Of a stretch of 64,000 bases of DNA, positions 51,821-61,276 are shown piece after piece. Each line of letters opens with the position of its first letter. The stretch's first letter is position 1. The translations under genes were made by a program, and so were the position numbers. The notes below the pieces were generated by a model. The model was given only the letters and a program-made list of their open reading frames with translations, made no database searches and was not told the DNA's origin. This DNA comes from Moraxellaceae bacterium (GTDB taxonomy: Bacteria > Pseudomonadota > Gammaproteobacteria > Pseudomonadales > Moraxellaceae): NCBI GenBank assembly GCA_025363155.1, contig JANYEL010000168.1, forward strand, positions 13,111-77,110, written 5' to 3'.

Positions 51821-51964
51821 CAACCTCGTATTATCCAATTTATGATTAAACCTAAGGGCGGTGTAGTGAAAATTACTCATCACCATAATATGTATGCTTT
51901 ACCAAGAAGGTAAAATTCGAAATAAATCTCTTGGCTTCCAGATCCAAAGCAAAAAAGGTCAATC

Positions 51965-52879
51965 TTACCTAAGTGGAATTACGCGAATTTGTCCAACTTC
52001 TGAAAGCTTAATTTTAGGTAAATCGATTGCTTCAACCAATGGAGTAAGCATCATGTATCTTGCTTGCTCAGGAACGTGAAGAGTTCCAACAAGTATGGAT
52101 GGTTGCAAAACTGTAGAAGGCAATGTTTTCTGATAAAACCCATTAACCCCTTCAATGATGCAGCCATCGGTATCTAAAAAAATAGGCAGCGGCCAATAAT
52201 AATCCGATTGGCGACCTAATGGTGCGAAAGATTGTAGCGATATATCGCGGGTAATCGAGCGAAACTCAACAACCACATAATTTAATCCCGCCTTATTATT
52301 AAACTTAGGTGTATCTGAACGTGGCCATAAAATTATTTGCTCTTTTCGCATAATTTTTGGTTGGCGAAGTGCCTGAGTTGACAGACATTTCATTCCAATT
52401 AATGGCGAGATTTCAACAGCGGGAACGCGCTGATAATGATCAGACAATGTCAATAAAGCAGGTAACTCTCCATCCATACCCTTCAAATCGATTTCAGATT
52501 TTTTTTGCTCATCGATTGCACCAGGAACACGCTCGACAATCTGCGTACCCCCTAACCCATCTGGAACCGCATAAAACTTCTTCTTCTCATCTAGATTAAA
52601 CTCGCGTTTCTCTAAATACTCACTGTCAATATACGTTTCACCATTTAAAGTAGACGTCGCATCAGCACGCGACTGAAGAGTCTTTTTTGAAGCAGAGGAA
52701 TTGTACTGATCAAAACCATTTGATGGCTCATCTTTCCGCACAGATCTCATGTGTCCATATTCGTCAATGACCGTATAAAATCTTGACGAATCATCAGCAT
52801 AAAGATGACCACTCACAATACAATTCAGTGTGCTACAACCTATGATCACAACACGTAACACACGACCGAAACTCATCAT
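51965..52879 (-). CDS. filE: FilE-like periplasmic protein
   Basis: Signal peptide; FYTVID..G, YIDSEYLE.REFN..KK.FY..PDG.G motifs; position in cluster. Confidence 0.7.
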   Translation of the reverse strand: MMSFGRVLRVVIIGCSTLNCIVSGHLYADDSSRFYTVIDEYGHMRSVRKDEPSNGFDQYNSSASKKTLQSRADATSTLNGETYIDSEYLEKREFNLDEKKKFYAVPDGLGGTQIVERVPGAIDEQKKSEIDLKGMDGELPALLTLSDHYQRVPAVEISPLIGMKCLSTQALRQPKIMRKEQIILWPRSDTPKFNNKAGLNYVVVEFRSITRDISLQSFAPLGRQSDYYWPLPIFLDTDGCIIEGVNGFYQKTLPSTVLQPSILVGTLHVPEQARYMMLTPLVEAIDLPKIKLSEVGQIRVIPLR

Positions 52880-52883
52880 TCTT

Positions 52884-54632
52884 TTACCACCGGGTACGGT
52901 ACGCAATACCTAGAATCACGATGGTGGCATTAGTTTTCACATCCAGCCCCGCATAAGGATTCAAGATCAGGTTATCAACCCCTGTATAGTTAGCTAATTT
53001 ACTAGTATTAGCAGGAATACTATCTCGGCTACGCAAGAATGCCGCAGTAAGGTCAATGTCAGTATCTTTATCAAATCGATACCCAGCACCCATACCAAAA
53101 AGTTGCGCACCGTTTACAGGAACAAGTGTACTACGCTGACCTTGAGGGATCGCACTTGTGCGTGGCTCGTAACCCATGCGTAGTTTCAAGCGATTGGTCA
53201 TACTGTATTCAATACCTACCCCGAAGTTCCAAGGGCTTTGGAAGTTCAACGGAACAGCCAATGAGTTTGCAGTAACCGTTGGCGCTAAAAGCTTGGCAAT
53301 CTGCAAAACACCTAAATTGCGATCAAACTGAATTGGTAATTCCTTCCATACAGCATAATCAGTCCACCCAACGTCGAAGTTAACCTGCAAGTCTGGGAAT
53401 ACTTTATATTTTATACCAGTTTGGAAATGGGCTGGATATTCGAGTTTCATCGAAGCCAATCCTTCAGATGTCGTCGGAATTGAACTTGGAAAACCGAGTA
53501 ACGCCGATAGAATTTGTCCTGTCACCGACGAATTCAGGCCTGCAATTAAATCTGGCGCACCTGGTTCAACGGTGAGTTTATAGTGACCTTTTAACTTCTG
53601 TTTTGCTGAACTCTGATAAACCATCCCTAAAGCAAAATCATCGCTAGGTTCCCACAACAAACCCAAGTTATAACTTGGTGATGCAGTTTGATCCATTGCA
53701 ACTTTTAAGCTACCAATTTTCTTAAATGGTCCAACCGATGTTTGTGCATTACACAGACCAAATAGCAACAAGTCTGTGATGATGCTACTATTTTGCTTAA
53801 ATGGCGCACAAATATTTTCATCGACTAACCTGAGGACACCAATGAGCTCATTTGGTAACCGCAAGTCTGTATTCAACGCAACAGATGCATAAGAAATACC
53901 AATCGACGCTCCAAGTGAGAGATTATCTGAAACTTGGTATGATGCAGATGGTGATAAATAGGTGATACGTTCAAGTGATACCATTTCACCCATGTAATTA
54001 CCTGGATCACCTTTCTCTTGGTTAAAACCCACTGCGAGAGGCGCGTAAAAACCATCAGCATAAGTAATTTTTGAATCTGGGGCTCGATACGCAATAGCTC
54101 CGAAAGGAATTGCGACCGGCAATCCTTTAGGCATATTGACGATCTTATCTAATAAGGGTACGTAGAGTGAAACGCTCTTCACTTTACTTTTCCCAACCTT
54201 AAAGTCGGGGCACAGTCCATTACTATTCACTGTACTTGTAGGCATATTACAAACGACTGGATCATCTGAATAACCAAAAACATTGAATCCAGGCGGCGCA
54301 GTAATTTCTCGTTCAATATTCAAGCCTAGCATTAGGCCTTGTAAATCAGTTTGCAATCCACGTACATGTGATAATCCAGCAGGGTTAAAATGGATTGCAC
54401 TGATACCTGGTGGGTCAGCCGTAACCGCATTACCCAAGGATAAAGAACGAATATCCACAGAAAGATTCTGTGCGAGTTCAGCATGCGCAGCACTCATTAA
54501 GCAAAGACCGATCAAGGCTGGCAATGCTTTGATGCTGACAGACCGCGATGTGACTATATGCTTAGCTTTAACTTGAGCCATAAAGCGACTTTTCTTCTTT
54601 ATCTCAAGTCGCTGTAGTGATAGGAAACTCAT
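52884..54632 (-). CDS. filD: FilD, FadL/OmpP1/TodX-family outer-membrane beta-barrel
   Basis: Signal peptide, SLSLGNAVTA...HFNPAGL FadL motif, C-terminal YRTRW. Confidence 0.8.
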   Translation of the reverse strand: MSFLSLQRLEIKKKSRFMAQVKAKHIVTSRSVSIKALPALIGLCLMSAAHAELAQNLSVDIRSLSLGNAVTADPPGISAIHFNPAGLSHVRGLQTDLQGLMLGLNIEREITAPPGFNVFGYSDDPVVCNMPTSTVNSNGLCPDFKVGKSKVKSVSLYVPLLDKIVNMPKGLPVAIPFGAIAYRAPDSKITYADGFYAPLAVGFNQEKGDPGNYMGEMVSLERITYLSPSASYQVSDNLSLGASIGISYASVALNTDLRLPNELIGVLRLVDENICAPFKQNSSIITDLLLFGLCNAQTSVGPFKKIGSLKVAMDQTASPSYNLGLLWEPSDDFALGMVYQSSAKQKLKGHYKLTVEPGAPDLIAGLNSSVTGQILSALLGFPSSIPTTSEGLASMKLEYPAHFQTGIKYKVFPDLQVNFDVGWTDYAVWKELPIQFDRNLGVLQIAKLLAPTVTANSLAVPLNFQSPWNFGVGIEYSMTNRLKLRMGYEPRTSAIPQGQRSTLVPVNGAQLFGMGAGYRFDKDTDIDLTAAFLRSRDSIPANTSKLANYTGVDNLILNPYAGLDVKTNATIVILGIAYRTRW

Positions 54633-54642
54633 ATTTGACTCC

Positions 54643-55842
54643 TCACTTCACTTCTTTATTCAAACCCAAGAAATCAAGTGGGAGCGATAAACCAAGGATT
54701 ACATTCGGAGAATCAGGTGTTAAGCCGAACCCTAAAGATACGTTAACAATCGTTTTTGGTGAAACGCGAATTCCAAGAGAAGAGTTCAAAGTAGCAGCAC
54801 TTGAGTCAGTAGGGTGAGAAACATCCCCATTACTGAAACGGAATTCACTGCCAAAGTTAAAACTTTGCTGATAAGACATTGTCAAAGAAACATCATAATT
54901 CAGTGAATAAGCAAAGCCAAACCCGATACCAGTGGTATAACCTGGTGTAAACGACGTTAATATACGACTGCCATTGGCCTGATTTAGACCACTTACTTCC
55001 ATGCCATAGTTTGCAGATAATGTTGCAAACAGCACTATTGGATCAATGTATTTACGAGTACTAACGCCACCGCCTAATGAATAATAACCAGAACCCGTCG
55101 ACAAATCAGTCAACGGATTAATTTGATAAGGACTATCACCCGTCGGCAAATTCAGAGAGCCAAACAATGTCACAGGTAACGGCGTTTGCCCAATAGGAAA
55201 CGGTTCCCAACGGGCACCGAGCCCAACATCGCCAAGGCCTGTAGTTGTAGTTGCCGTCGGAGGGTTTATTTTCGTCACAAAAGGCAGGCCTGCCGTCACT
55301 GTAAGATTATTAAGCAATCCATACTGAAATGTAAATGTATTTGAAAGCGCGTGCTGAGCGTTATTTTCAACCCGTAAACGAGTGATTGTTGAACTACTAG
55401 AATCTAACGCTAAATCCAACGCGGTATTTGAATAATAGCTATAGCCAAAATCATACACCATTGAGTATGAACCTTGCTTAGACAGCGAGTATTTGCGCTC
55501 ACTGGCAGTAAAGGTTTCATCAAGATTTTTTGCAGCGGTCTTATCCGAAGCAGTTTGTTTCAACGCAGAGCTTGCTGATGCCTCGGTTGGAGCCATAGAG
55601 ACGGTAGGTTGAGGCGGCGTTATAACTCGGTCAACAGCAGACTTTGGAACTGGGACAACAGGTTGATTTGATTCAGCTGTTGGAGCTGGTTCTGCGAACT
55701 CGGTCGTAGCAGCCGCCGGCGCAGGTTCCGCTCCTTCAACCGCATATACAGCAGTACTACTCATGATAGACAGCACGCCTGCGGCAATTGCTGAACGAGC
55801 GATCATCTTCGCCTGTATATTTTTTTGCATATTTTCTTCCAT
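54643..55842 (-). CDS. filC: FilC, outer-membrane transporter (FapF/MetA-pathway-like barrel)
   Basis: Signal peptide, low-complexity linker, GLGDV, PTGDSPY, IDPIVLF and GLTPDSPN motifs. Confidence 0.75.
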   Translation of the reverse strand: MEENMQKNIQAKMIARSAIAAGVLSIMSSTAVYAVEGAEPAPAAATTEFAEPAPTAESNQPVVPVPKSAVDRVITPPQPTVSMAPTEASASSALKQTASDKTAAKNLDETFTASERKYSLSKQGSYSMVYDFGYSYYSNTALDLALDSSSSTITRLRVENNAQHALSNTFTFQYGLLNNLTVTAGLPFVTKINPPTATTTTGLGDVGLGARWEPFPIGQTPLPVTLFGSLNLPTGDSPYQINPLTDLSTGSGYYSLGGGVSTRKYIDPIVLFATLSANYGMEVSGLNQANGSRILTSFTPGYTTGIGFGFAYSLNYDVSLTMSYQQSFNFGSEFRFSNGDVSHPTDSSAATLNSSLGIRVSPKTIVNVSLGFGLTPDSPNVILGLSLPLDFLGLNKEVK

Positions 55843-55931
55843 AGTAGCAGCCTGCCCTAATTATTCATCCAATAACCGACACCAAAAACTCAATAGCACT
55901 AAAATCGAGTGGTTTTTTCAGTGTCCTAAAA

Positions 55932-56777
55932 TCATCTACTGTTGTAATACAATCGCAAGGATGTATTAATTGCCTTATTATAAGTTGCCGAACTAGGATC
56001 ACTATCAAGCACGCGGCGCATTGTTGCGGCGGAGTCTCTTTGCTGATCTCTTCCAATCTGAGGATACTTAATATCGACCAATGCAAACGGATCAATCGTT
56101 GCGTCAGAAATAATACGCATATCACTATCTTTTAGTGCCAACAAATCATTTGTTGGTTGCCCTTCTTCCGGGGTAATAATAAACATAATATTATTATCCC
56201 AGACTTCCTGAAAATGCTGTGTTGTGAAGCTAATATTACCTAAGGCGGGATCGGCGACAAACACATGGCCATCCCGAACCGCTTTAAAGACCACAAAGTG
56301 TTTAAAGCCTGCATACGCTATCGGCACAATTGCTGGCTTATCTAAAGTAGCCAAGTCTTTGAATGTACCTCGAAATCCGTTGCTATTAAAGCCAATCGCA
56401 TTCACATAACGTTTCATATCTAACAGCGAAAAACTTCGGCGCTGGATGATACGGTCATACTCACCGTATTTCAGCAAACCATCCATTACCTCACGTTCGT
56501 TTTTATTTTGAGCCATATACCCATTCAACAATGTCGTTAATGCCGCAGATCCACAACTATAGTCATAGGCCTGACGCACAACCCCACGGAATTGAGTTGA
56601 AGACAAAGGTTTAACCACGATTGGACGTTGGTGCAGGGTCGCACTTACATTATTCTTAATGCGAGAGTCAGTTAATTCGGAATAATAAACAGAACCACCT
56701 TGGACAGGGGCAATATCAAAGCTAGTGGCCGCAAAGTTATACATCAGCGCCGTACCAAGCGTGAGAAGTAGCAACAT
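55932..56777 (-). CDS. filB: FilB, stand-alone C39 family peptidase
   Basis: RQAYDYSCGSAAL, FSLLDMK, KHFVV and ADPALG catalytic Q/C/H/D motifs. Confidence 0.88.
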   Translation of the reverse strand: MLLLLTLGTALMYNFAATSFDIAPVQGGSVYYSELTDSRIKNNVSATLHQRPIVVKPLSSTQFRGVVRQAYDYSCGSAALTTLLNGYMAQNKNEREVMDGLLKYGEYDRIIQRRSFSLLDMKRYVNAIGFNSNGFRGTFKDLATLDKPAIVPIAYAGFKHFVVFKAVRDGHVFVADPALGNISFTTQHFQEVWDNNIMFIITPEEGQPTNDLLALKDSDMRIISDATIDPFALVDIKYPQIGRDQQRDSAATMRRVLDSDPSSATYNKAINTSLRLYYNSR

Positions 56778-56947
56778 AATAAACTAATTCTTTTTAATGC
56801 CAGCTATCGCTGAACCGTCCTGTAAAATCAGATTTATCAGCTCAATTTAGAGCACTGATAGACCTGCGTCCATGTGTGACCCAAGATACCTTTTTTTTGT
56901 TATGAGTTCACGCTTTTTTTGCATCTAGCCAACAGTTTTATGTAATG

Positions 56948-58024
56948 TTACATCCCACTGACGCCGATTTTCAGGTTAGTCACCGTCATATTCGTAACAC
57001 CAAACGAACCCATTGGTGCATTAAGCATTCCATTTGCTGCAGTTGTTGTACCATTAGCGAAAAGGTTAGAACCAGGTACAACTATGGTCGCTGAAGCAGC
57101 ACCTCCATTAGTGCCCGCAGTCACATTATTTAATTGAACACCCCCCACTGTTAGAGATGTATCACTATAAATCAGACCACCAACACCAGTAGAACTTGCA
57201 CCTAAAGCCAACCCCATATCGGCAACCGCATCTATCTTAGCCCCAGTCAAATCCAAGTTAGTAATCGTTGGTGTCATTGCCAACTGCGAAGGCGACACTC
57301 CCCCATTCGGACTCACAAGACTTAAACCGCTAAATGTAATTGAAGGAATATTTAGAGTACCAAACGAAATCATTCCACCTTGTGGTGTATTACCAAACTG
57401 GAGATTAAGTGAAATGGCCGCACCACCAAAAGCAATATCCATGCTATTCATAATTTTAAACGCTTTACCCGCAGTACCACCAATCGCAGCATTCGCTTTT
57501 GTCGCACCCGCAGCACCAACAGCAATGCCCGTACGATTTGAAACATCAACCGAGACATCACCAGTACGGACCATTAAATCGGCAGGCAACGCAACTTTCA
57601 AATTCAGAACAGGTGATGTCCCGCCCGACCCAGTAAGCACCTTCCCGTTCGAAGCATCAATCGTCAATTTAATCGGAGTACTTGCAAACACACCAACTTG
57701 AACCCCAGCCGTATTTGCCGAATTTGCTTGTTTTGCATCCCCAAAAACAAGCGCACCCGCAGAGGTATAACCCGTAAAGCCATTTTTATCATGCAATACA
57801 ATCGCACCAATCTGCAGACCATTAGCCTGAGTAACACCCAGTGAGGTGTTTTGTGCAGAGGTCAATGTTGGCGGCGCGATTAGAACCGTAATTCCATCCT
57901 GACCAGTTGCTGTGGAAAGCTGACTATCGGTCATCTCATCCATTGACCAAGCTTGCAAAGGTGACAAAACAGTGCCAACCAGCAGCAAGCTGGGTGCAAT
58001 CACACGAACACTCAGACTCTTCAT
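56948..58024 (-). CDS. filA: FilA-like (DUF6160) filament subunit, paralog 2
   Basis: Signal peptide then MTDSQLSTATGQDGITV; G/A/T/N-rich beta protein similar to 58186-59205. Confidence 0.78.
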   Translation of the reverse strand: MKSLSVRVIAPSLLLVGTVLSPLQAWSMDEMTDSQLSTATGQDGITVLIAPPTLTSAQNTSLGVTQANGLQIGAIVLHDKNGFTGYTSAGALVFGDAKQANSANTAGVQVGVFASTPIKLTIDASNGKVLTGSGGTSPVLNLKVALPADLMVRTGDVSVDVSNRTGIAVGAAGATKANAAIGGTAGKAFKIMNSMDIAFGGAAISLNLQFGNTPQGGMISFGTLNIPSITFSGLSLVSPNGGVSPSQLAMTPTITNLDLTGAKIDAVADMGLALGASSTGVGGLIYSDTSLTVGGVQLNNVTAGTNGGAASATIVVPGSNLFANGTTTAANGMLNAPMGSFGVTNMTVTNLKIGVSGM

Positions 58025-58123
58025 ACTGCAAGCTCCTATAACAACTGAGGAATTTTATTATTCTTATAAAGGTAACTCTTGGAACAAATTTGAGTACATC
58101 AAAAAAATTACATCTATTTCAGA

Positions 58124-58154
58124 AAATTAAGGCAGCTCAACGCTGCCTTAATTT
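58124..58154 (-). terminator. Stem-loop between the two filA genes
   Basis: aaattaaggcagc-tcaac-gctgccttaattt, 13-bp stem. Confidence 0.65.
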
Positions 58155-58185
58155 CATTACATCACATCAATACCATCAAGTCAGA

Positions 58186-59205
58186 TTAGTGACCTTGGAT
58201 TGCAATGTGAGTACCGTTGGTTTGCACATTGATCAACTGAAGGTCGCCCAATGTTGAGCCAGATGAGCCCAAAGTAACGTTCTGCATCATGATGTCGTTG
58301 TTACCACCAACAGTCACAACCAAGCCACCATTACCAGCAACACCATTGAAAATCGCATCAGCATCAGCAACTACGTCAATTGCTGCACTTAATGTCAACT
58401 TAGTAGTGCTACCAGCATCAAATACTGTCAATGTGCTTACACCTAGATCACCACCACCGAACTGACCAGCAGTTGGGTTAAAGGTATTAGCATCACGCAG
58501 TTTGATACCAGAAATGGTCAAACCGTTTGCGATAGAACCAGTCATTTTGATCATTGTAGTCTGACCAAGAGTAACACCTGATTGTTGAGTATTACCCAAC
58601 TGGATATTCATAGTTGCGCCACCTAGAGCAATATCCATGCTGTTCAAAATCTTAACCGCATTACCTGTTGTACCACCTGTTGCCGCATTAGATACAACTG
58701 CACCAGCTGCACCAGTAGCAATGTTTGCACGAGCAGAACCGTCAACCCAGATATCACCAGTACGGATCAACAAATCTGTTGGCAGACCAATAGCTACGTT
58801 CAGGATCGGCTTTGTACCACCAGTACCAGTCGCGATTTGACCGTTTGATGCATCGATTTTTACGGAAATTGCAGTGCTACCGAAAATACCCATGCCAACA
58901 CCAGTAGCATTACCGACATTTGCTTTGCTTGCATTACCGAGGATGATCGCACCGCCACCCAAGCTACCAGCAAAACCGTCTTTATCATGCAGAACTGCTG
59001 CATCGATTAGAATACCGTTAGTTTGAGTAACACCCAGTGCAGTTTTTTGTGCAGCTGACAATGTTGGTGGTCCGATCAAAATCGTAATACCGTCTTGACC
59101 AGTTGTGTCGCTCAGCGCTGCATCATCCATAGATTGCATTGCATATGCTGCACTACCACATGTAGCGATTGCTGAAACTAAAGCAAGTTGTGTAAATAAT
59201 TTCAT
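58186..59205 (-). CDS. filA: FilA (DUF6160) filament subunit, probable major subunit
   Basis: MKLFTQLALVSAIA signal peptide, MDDAALSDTTGQDGITI, LHDKDG; first gene of the cluster with GGAG RBS. Confidence 0.82.
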   Translation of the reverse strand: MKLFTQLALVSAIATCGSAAYAMQSMDDAALSDTTGQDGITILIGPPTLSAAQKTALGVTQTNGILIDAAVLHDKDGFAGSLGGGAIILGNASKANVGNATGVGMGIFGSTAISVKIDASNGQIATGTGGTKPILNVAIGLPTDLLIRTGDIWVDGSARANIATGAAGAVVSNAATGGTTGNAVKILNSMDIALGGATMNIQLGNTQQSGVTLGQTTMIKMTGSIANGLTISGIKLRDANTFNPTAGQFGGGDLGVSTLTVFDAGSTTKLTLSAAIDVVADADAIFNGVAGNGGLVVTVGGNNDIMMQNVTLGSSGSTLGDLQLINVQTNGTHIAIQGH

Positions 59206-59487
59206 TGCATACTCTCCCAGAGCATTAAAATAAATAGTTGACTACATGCTTCCAATCGCACTCGACTTAACGTTAATGCTAACAACTAAATGTTTACACT
59301 GACGAAGCGTCCTTGCATGGCGTTTTTCATAGCATGTCTAACAGCACGCAAGGTACAATGAACTGTGTACTTGTCGCAAGTGTTTTTCGATGTTTTTGTA
59401 ACTTGTCCGACAAGCGGTTCATTTGAGACTTAAACGGCACAAATTGAATTAAATATCATTTAATCAGTAAGTTACAAAAGAATTATT

Positions 59488-61086
59488 ATGATTTTAGACG
59501 TTAATCCTGAAACAAAAATGCAATTATCTGACAACATTGTCAGACATTGTCGACCCCTAGTGTCAGCCAAAGCGTCGGACGTTTTACGCTATTTCTCACA
59601 CCATTTTTTTGGTGATGATTTAATCACCAACTGGACTGATGGATTAATTTATTTTTCAGGCTTTTCTTCAAAGTTTTTTGACTCCAATTGCAAACAAACA
59701 GACCCAGAATTAATCGAAGTGATTGCAATCTGTCCAAAATGGCTATTGATCGCTCATGCGATTAATGATGAAATTTACACCGTTAGACGAGATCGCGATG
59801 TCTTTGGACAATATAAAACAGGCTCTCAGTCCTCATCAATTTCGGATTATTTCGCTCAGTTACGCGCATTGCATCACACAAACAGCCCGTTTAAAGTGTC
59901 AAAAAAAGCAGTTATTGAAAATTCTTTTGAAGGTGGTTTAGCTGGATTTGTTGGCTACGATATTGCGGCGCAACTCCATGCTGACGTGCAAGTCTCTAAA
60001 GAGACGCAATCTGAACGCTTAATTGCAGCACTGGGTGAATATGATTTTTTCCTCAAAAAAGAATCTGGCGGATGGGCGTTATATGGCAGCGACTGCCCCA
60101 CACTTACCCCTCTTTTACAGCGCATCACAGATGCTCTACAGATGCTCAACAGGCAACTTAACTCAAACCCAGCGGCGTCAATTGCAACACCAGAAAAAAT
60201 GCACAATAACGGATCTCTTACTATTGATTTTGCCGTAAATGCTCCTTTCGCCCCTCTCTGGTCCTTTGACCAATACAAAACTGCATTTACAAAAATTCAA
60301 AACTACCTGCGTGCTGGTGACTGCTATCAAGTGAATTTAACCCAGCCGTTTATTGCGACGGTCAAGGGTGATTTATTGGAGGTGATGGATGATTTATTGG
60401 TGCTTACGAATGCGCCATATTCAGGTTATATGCGTGTAGGCCAGCATGAATTATTAAGTTGTTCGCCTGAATTGTTTTTAGCCTTTTCGGGCGTGGATGC
60501 AGATGGACAAAATCAAGTCATTACGCGCCCAATTAAAGGCACACGTCCACGCAGTGACGATACAGAGCAAGATTCATCCGAGCGAGACGCACTTATTCAC
60601 TCGAAAAAAGATCATAGCGAAAATCTTATGATTGTCGATTTATTACGTAATGATTTAAGTTTGCATGCGGTTGTGGGTTCAGTGACCGTGCCTGCGTTGT
60701 TTGAGCTGGAGAGCTTTGCACAGGTTCACCACTTGGTCAGTGAGGTGCGTGCAACGCTGCGTGAGGATGTATCCGCGCTAGATGTGTTGATTGATGCACT
60801 TCCTGGTGGTTCGATTACTGGAGCGCCAAAAAAACGAGCGATGGAAATTATTGCAGAATTAGAAGCAGCGCCACGTGGAGCGTATTGTGGATCGTTTGGT
60901 TTTTTAAATCGCGATGGCTCCGGGCAATTTAATGTGTTGATTCGAACTTTGCAGAAGCACCAAGATCAATTGGTCGCATGGGCAGGCGGCGGCATTACGA
61001 TTGCGTCAGAAGTGGAATCTGAGTATCAGGAGTGCTTAGATAAGATTAGTGCGATTTTGGCTTGTGTGAATGTGTTTAAAGAGTAA
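59488..61086 (+). CDS. pabB: Aminodeoxychorismate synthase component I (chorismate-binding)
   Basis: GDCYQVNL, SPELFL, PIKGTRPR, ENLMIVDLLRND, PGGSITGAPK; start uncertain. Confidence 0.88.
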   Translation: MILDVNPETKMQLSDNIVRHCRPLVSAKASDVLRYFSHHFFGDDLITNWTDGLIYFSGFSSKFFDSNCKQTDPELIEVIAICPKWLLIAHAINDEIYTVRRDRDVFGQYKTGSQSSSISDYFAQLRALHHTNSPFKVSKKAVIENSFEGGLAGFVGYDIAAQLHADVQVSKETQSERLIAALGEYDFFLKKESGGWALYGSDCPTLTPLLQRITDALQMLNRQLNSNPAASIATPEKMHNNGSLTIDFAVNAPFAPLWSFDQYKTAFTKIQNYLRAGDCYQVNLTQPFIATVKGDLLEVMDDLLVLTNAPYSGYMRVGQHELLSCSPELFLAFSGVDADGQNQVITRPIKGTRPRSDDTEQDSSERDALIHSKKDHSENLMIVDLLRNDLSLHAVVGSVTVPALFELESFAQVHHLVSEVRATLREDVSALDVLIDALPGGSITGAPKKRAMEIIAELEAAPRGAYCGSFGFLNRDGSGQFNVLIRTLQKHQDQLVAWAGGGITIASEVESEYQECLDKISAILACVNVFKE

Positions 61087-61089
61087 CGT

Positions 61090-61149
61090 CAAAAGCAAAT
61101 CCCTCCCAACCTCCCTTTGCAAAGGGAGGTTGGGAGGGATTTGCTTTTG
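61090..61149. repeat. Perfect 60-bp loopless palindrome of the 37-176 repeat family
   Basis: caaaagcaaatccctcccaacctccctttg|caaagggaggttgggagggatttgcttttg. Confidence 0.9.
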
Positions 61150-61166
61150 CTGTAAAAGAAACAAGT

Positions 61167-61272
61167 GGCAGCGCCGCTTGAAACCCCTCAGAAACCGTTT
61201 AACATCGAATGTGCTGCCGCGAGCATAGCTCTTGGCGTAAATCTGGCAAGCGGCAGCGCCGCTTGAAACCCC
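61167..61272. repeat. 21-bp direct repeat pair immediately 3' of guaA
   Basis: ggcagcgccgcttgaaacccc at 61167-61187 and 61252-61272. Confidence 0.85.
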
Positions 61273-61276
61273 AGAT

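Noticed and set aside
61167-61272. 21-bp repeat pair as a mini-CRISPR
   Set aside because: Only two short repeats, a 64-bp gap and no cas genes
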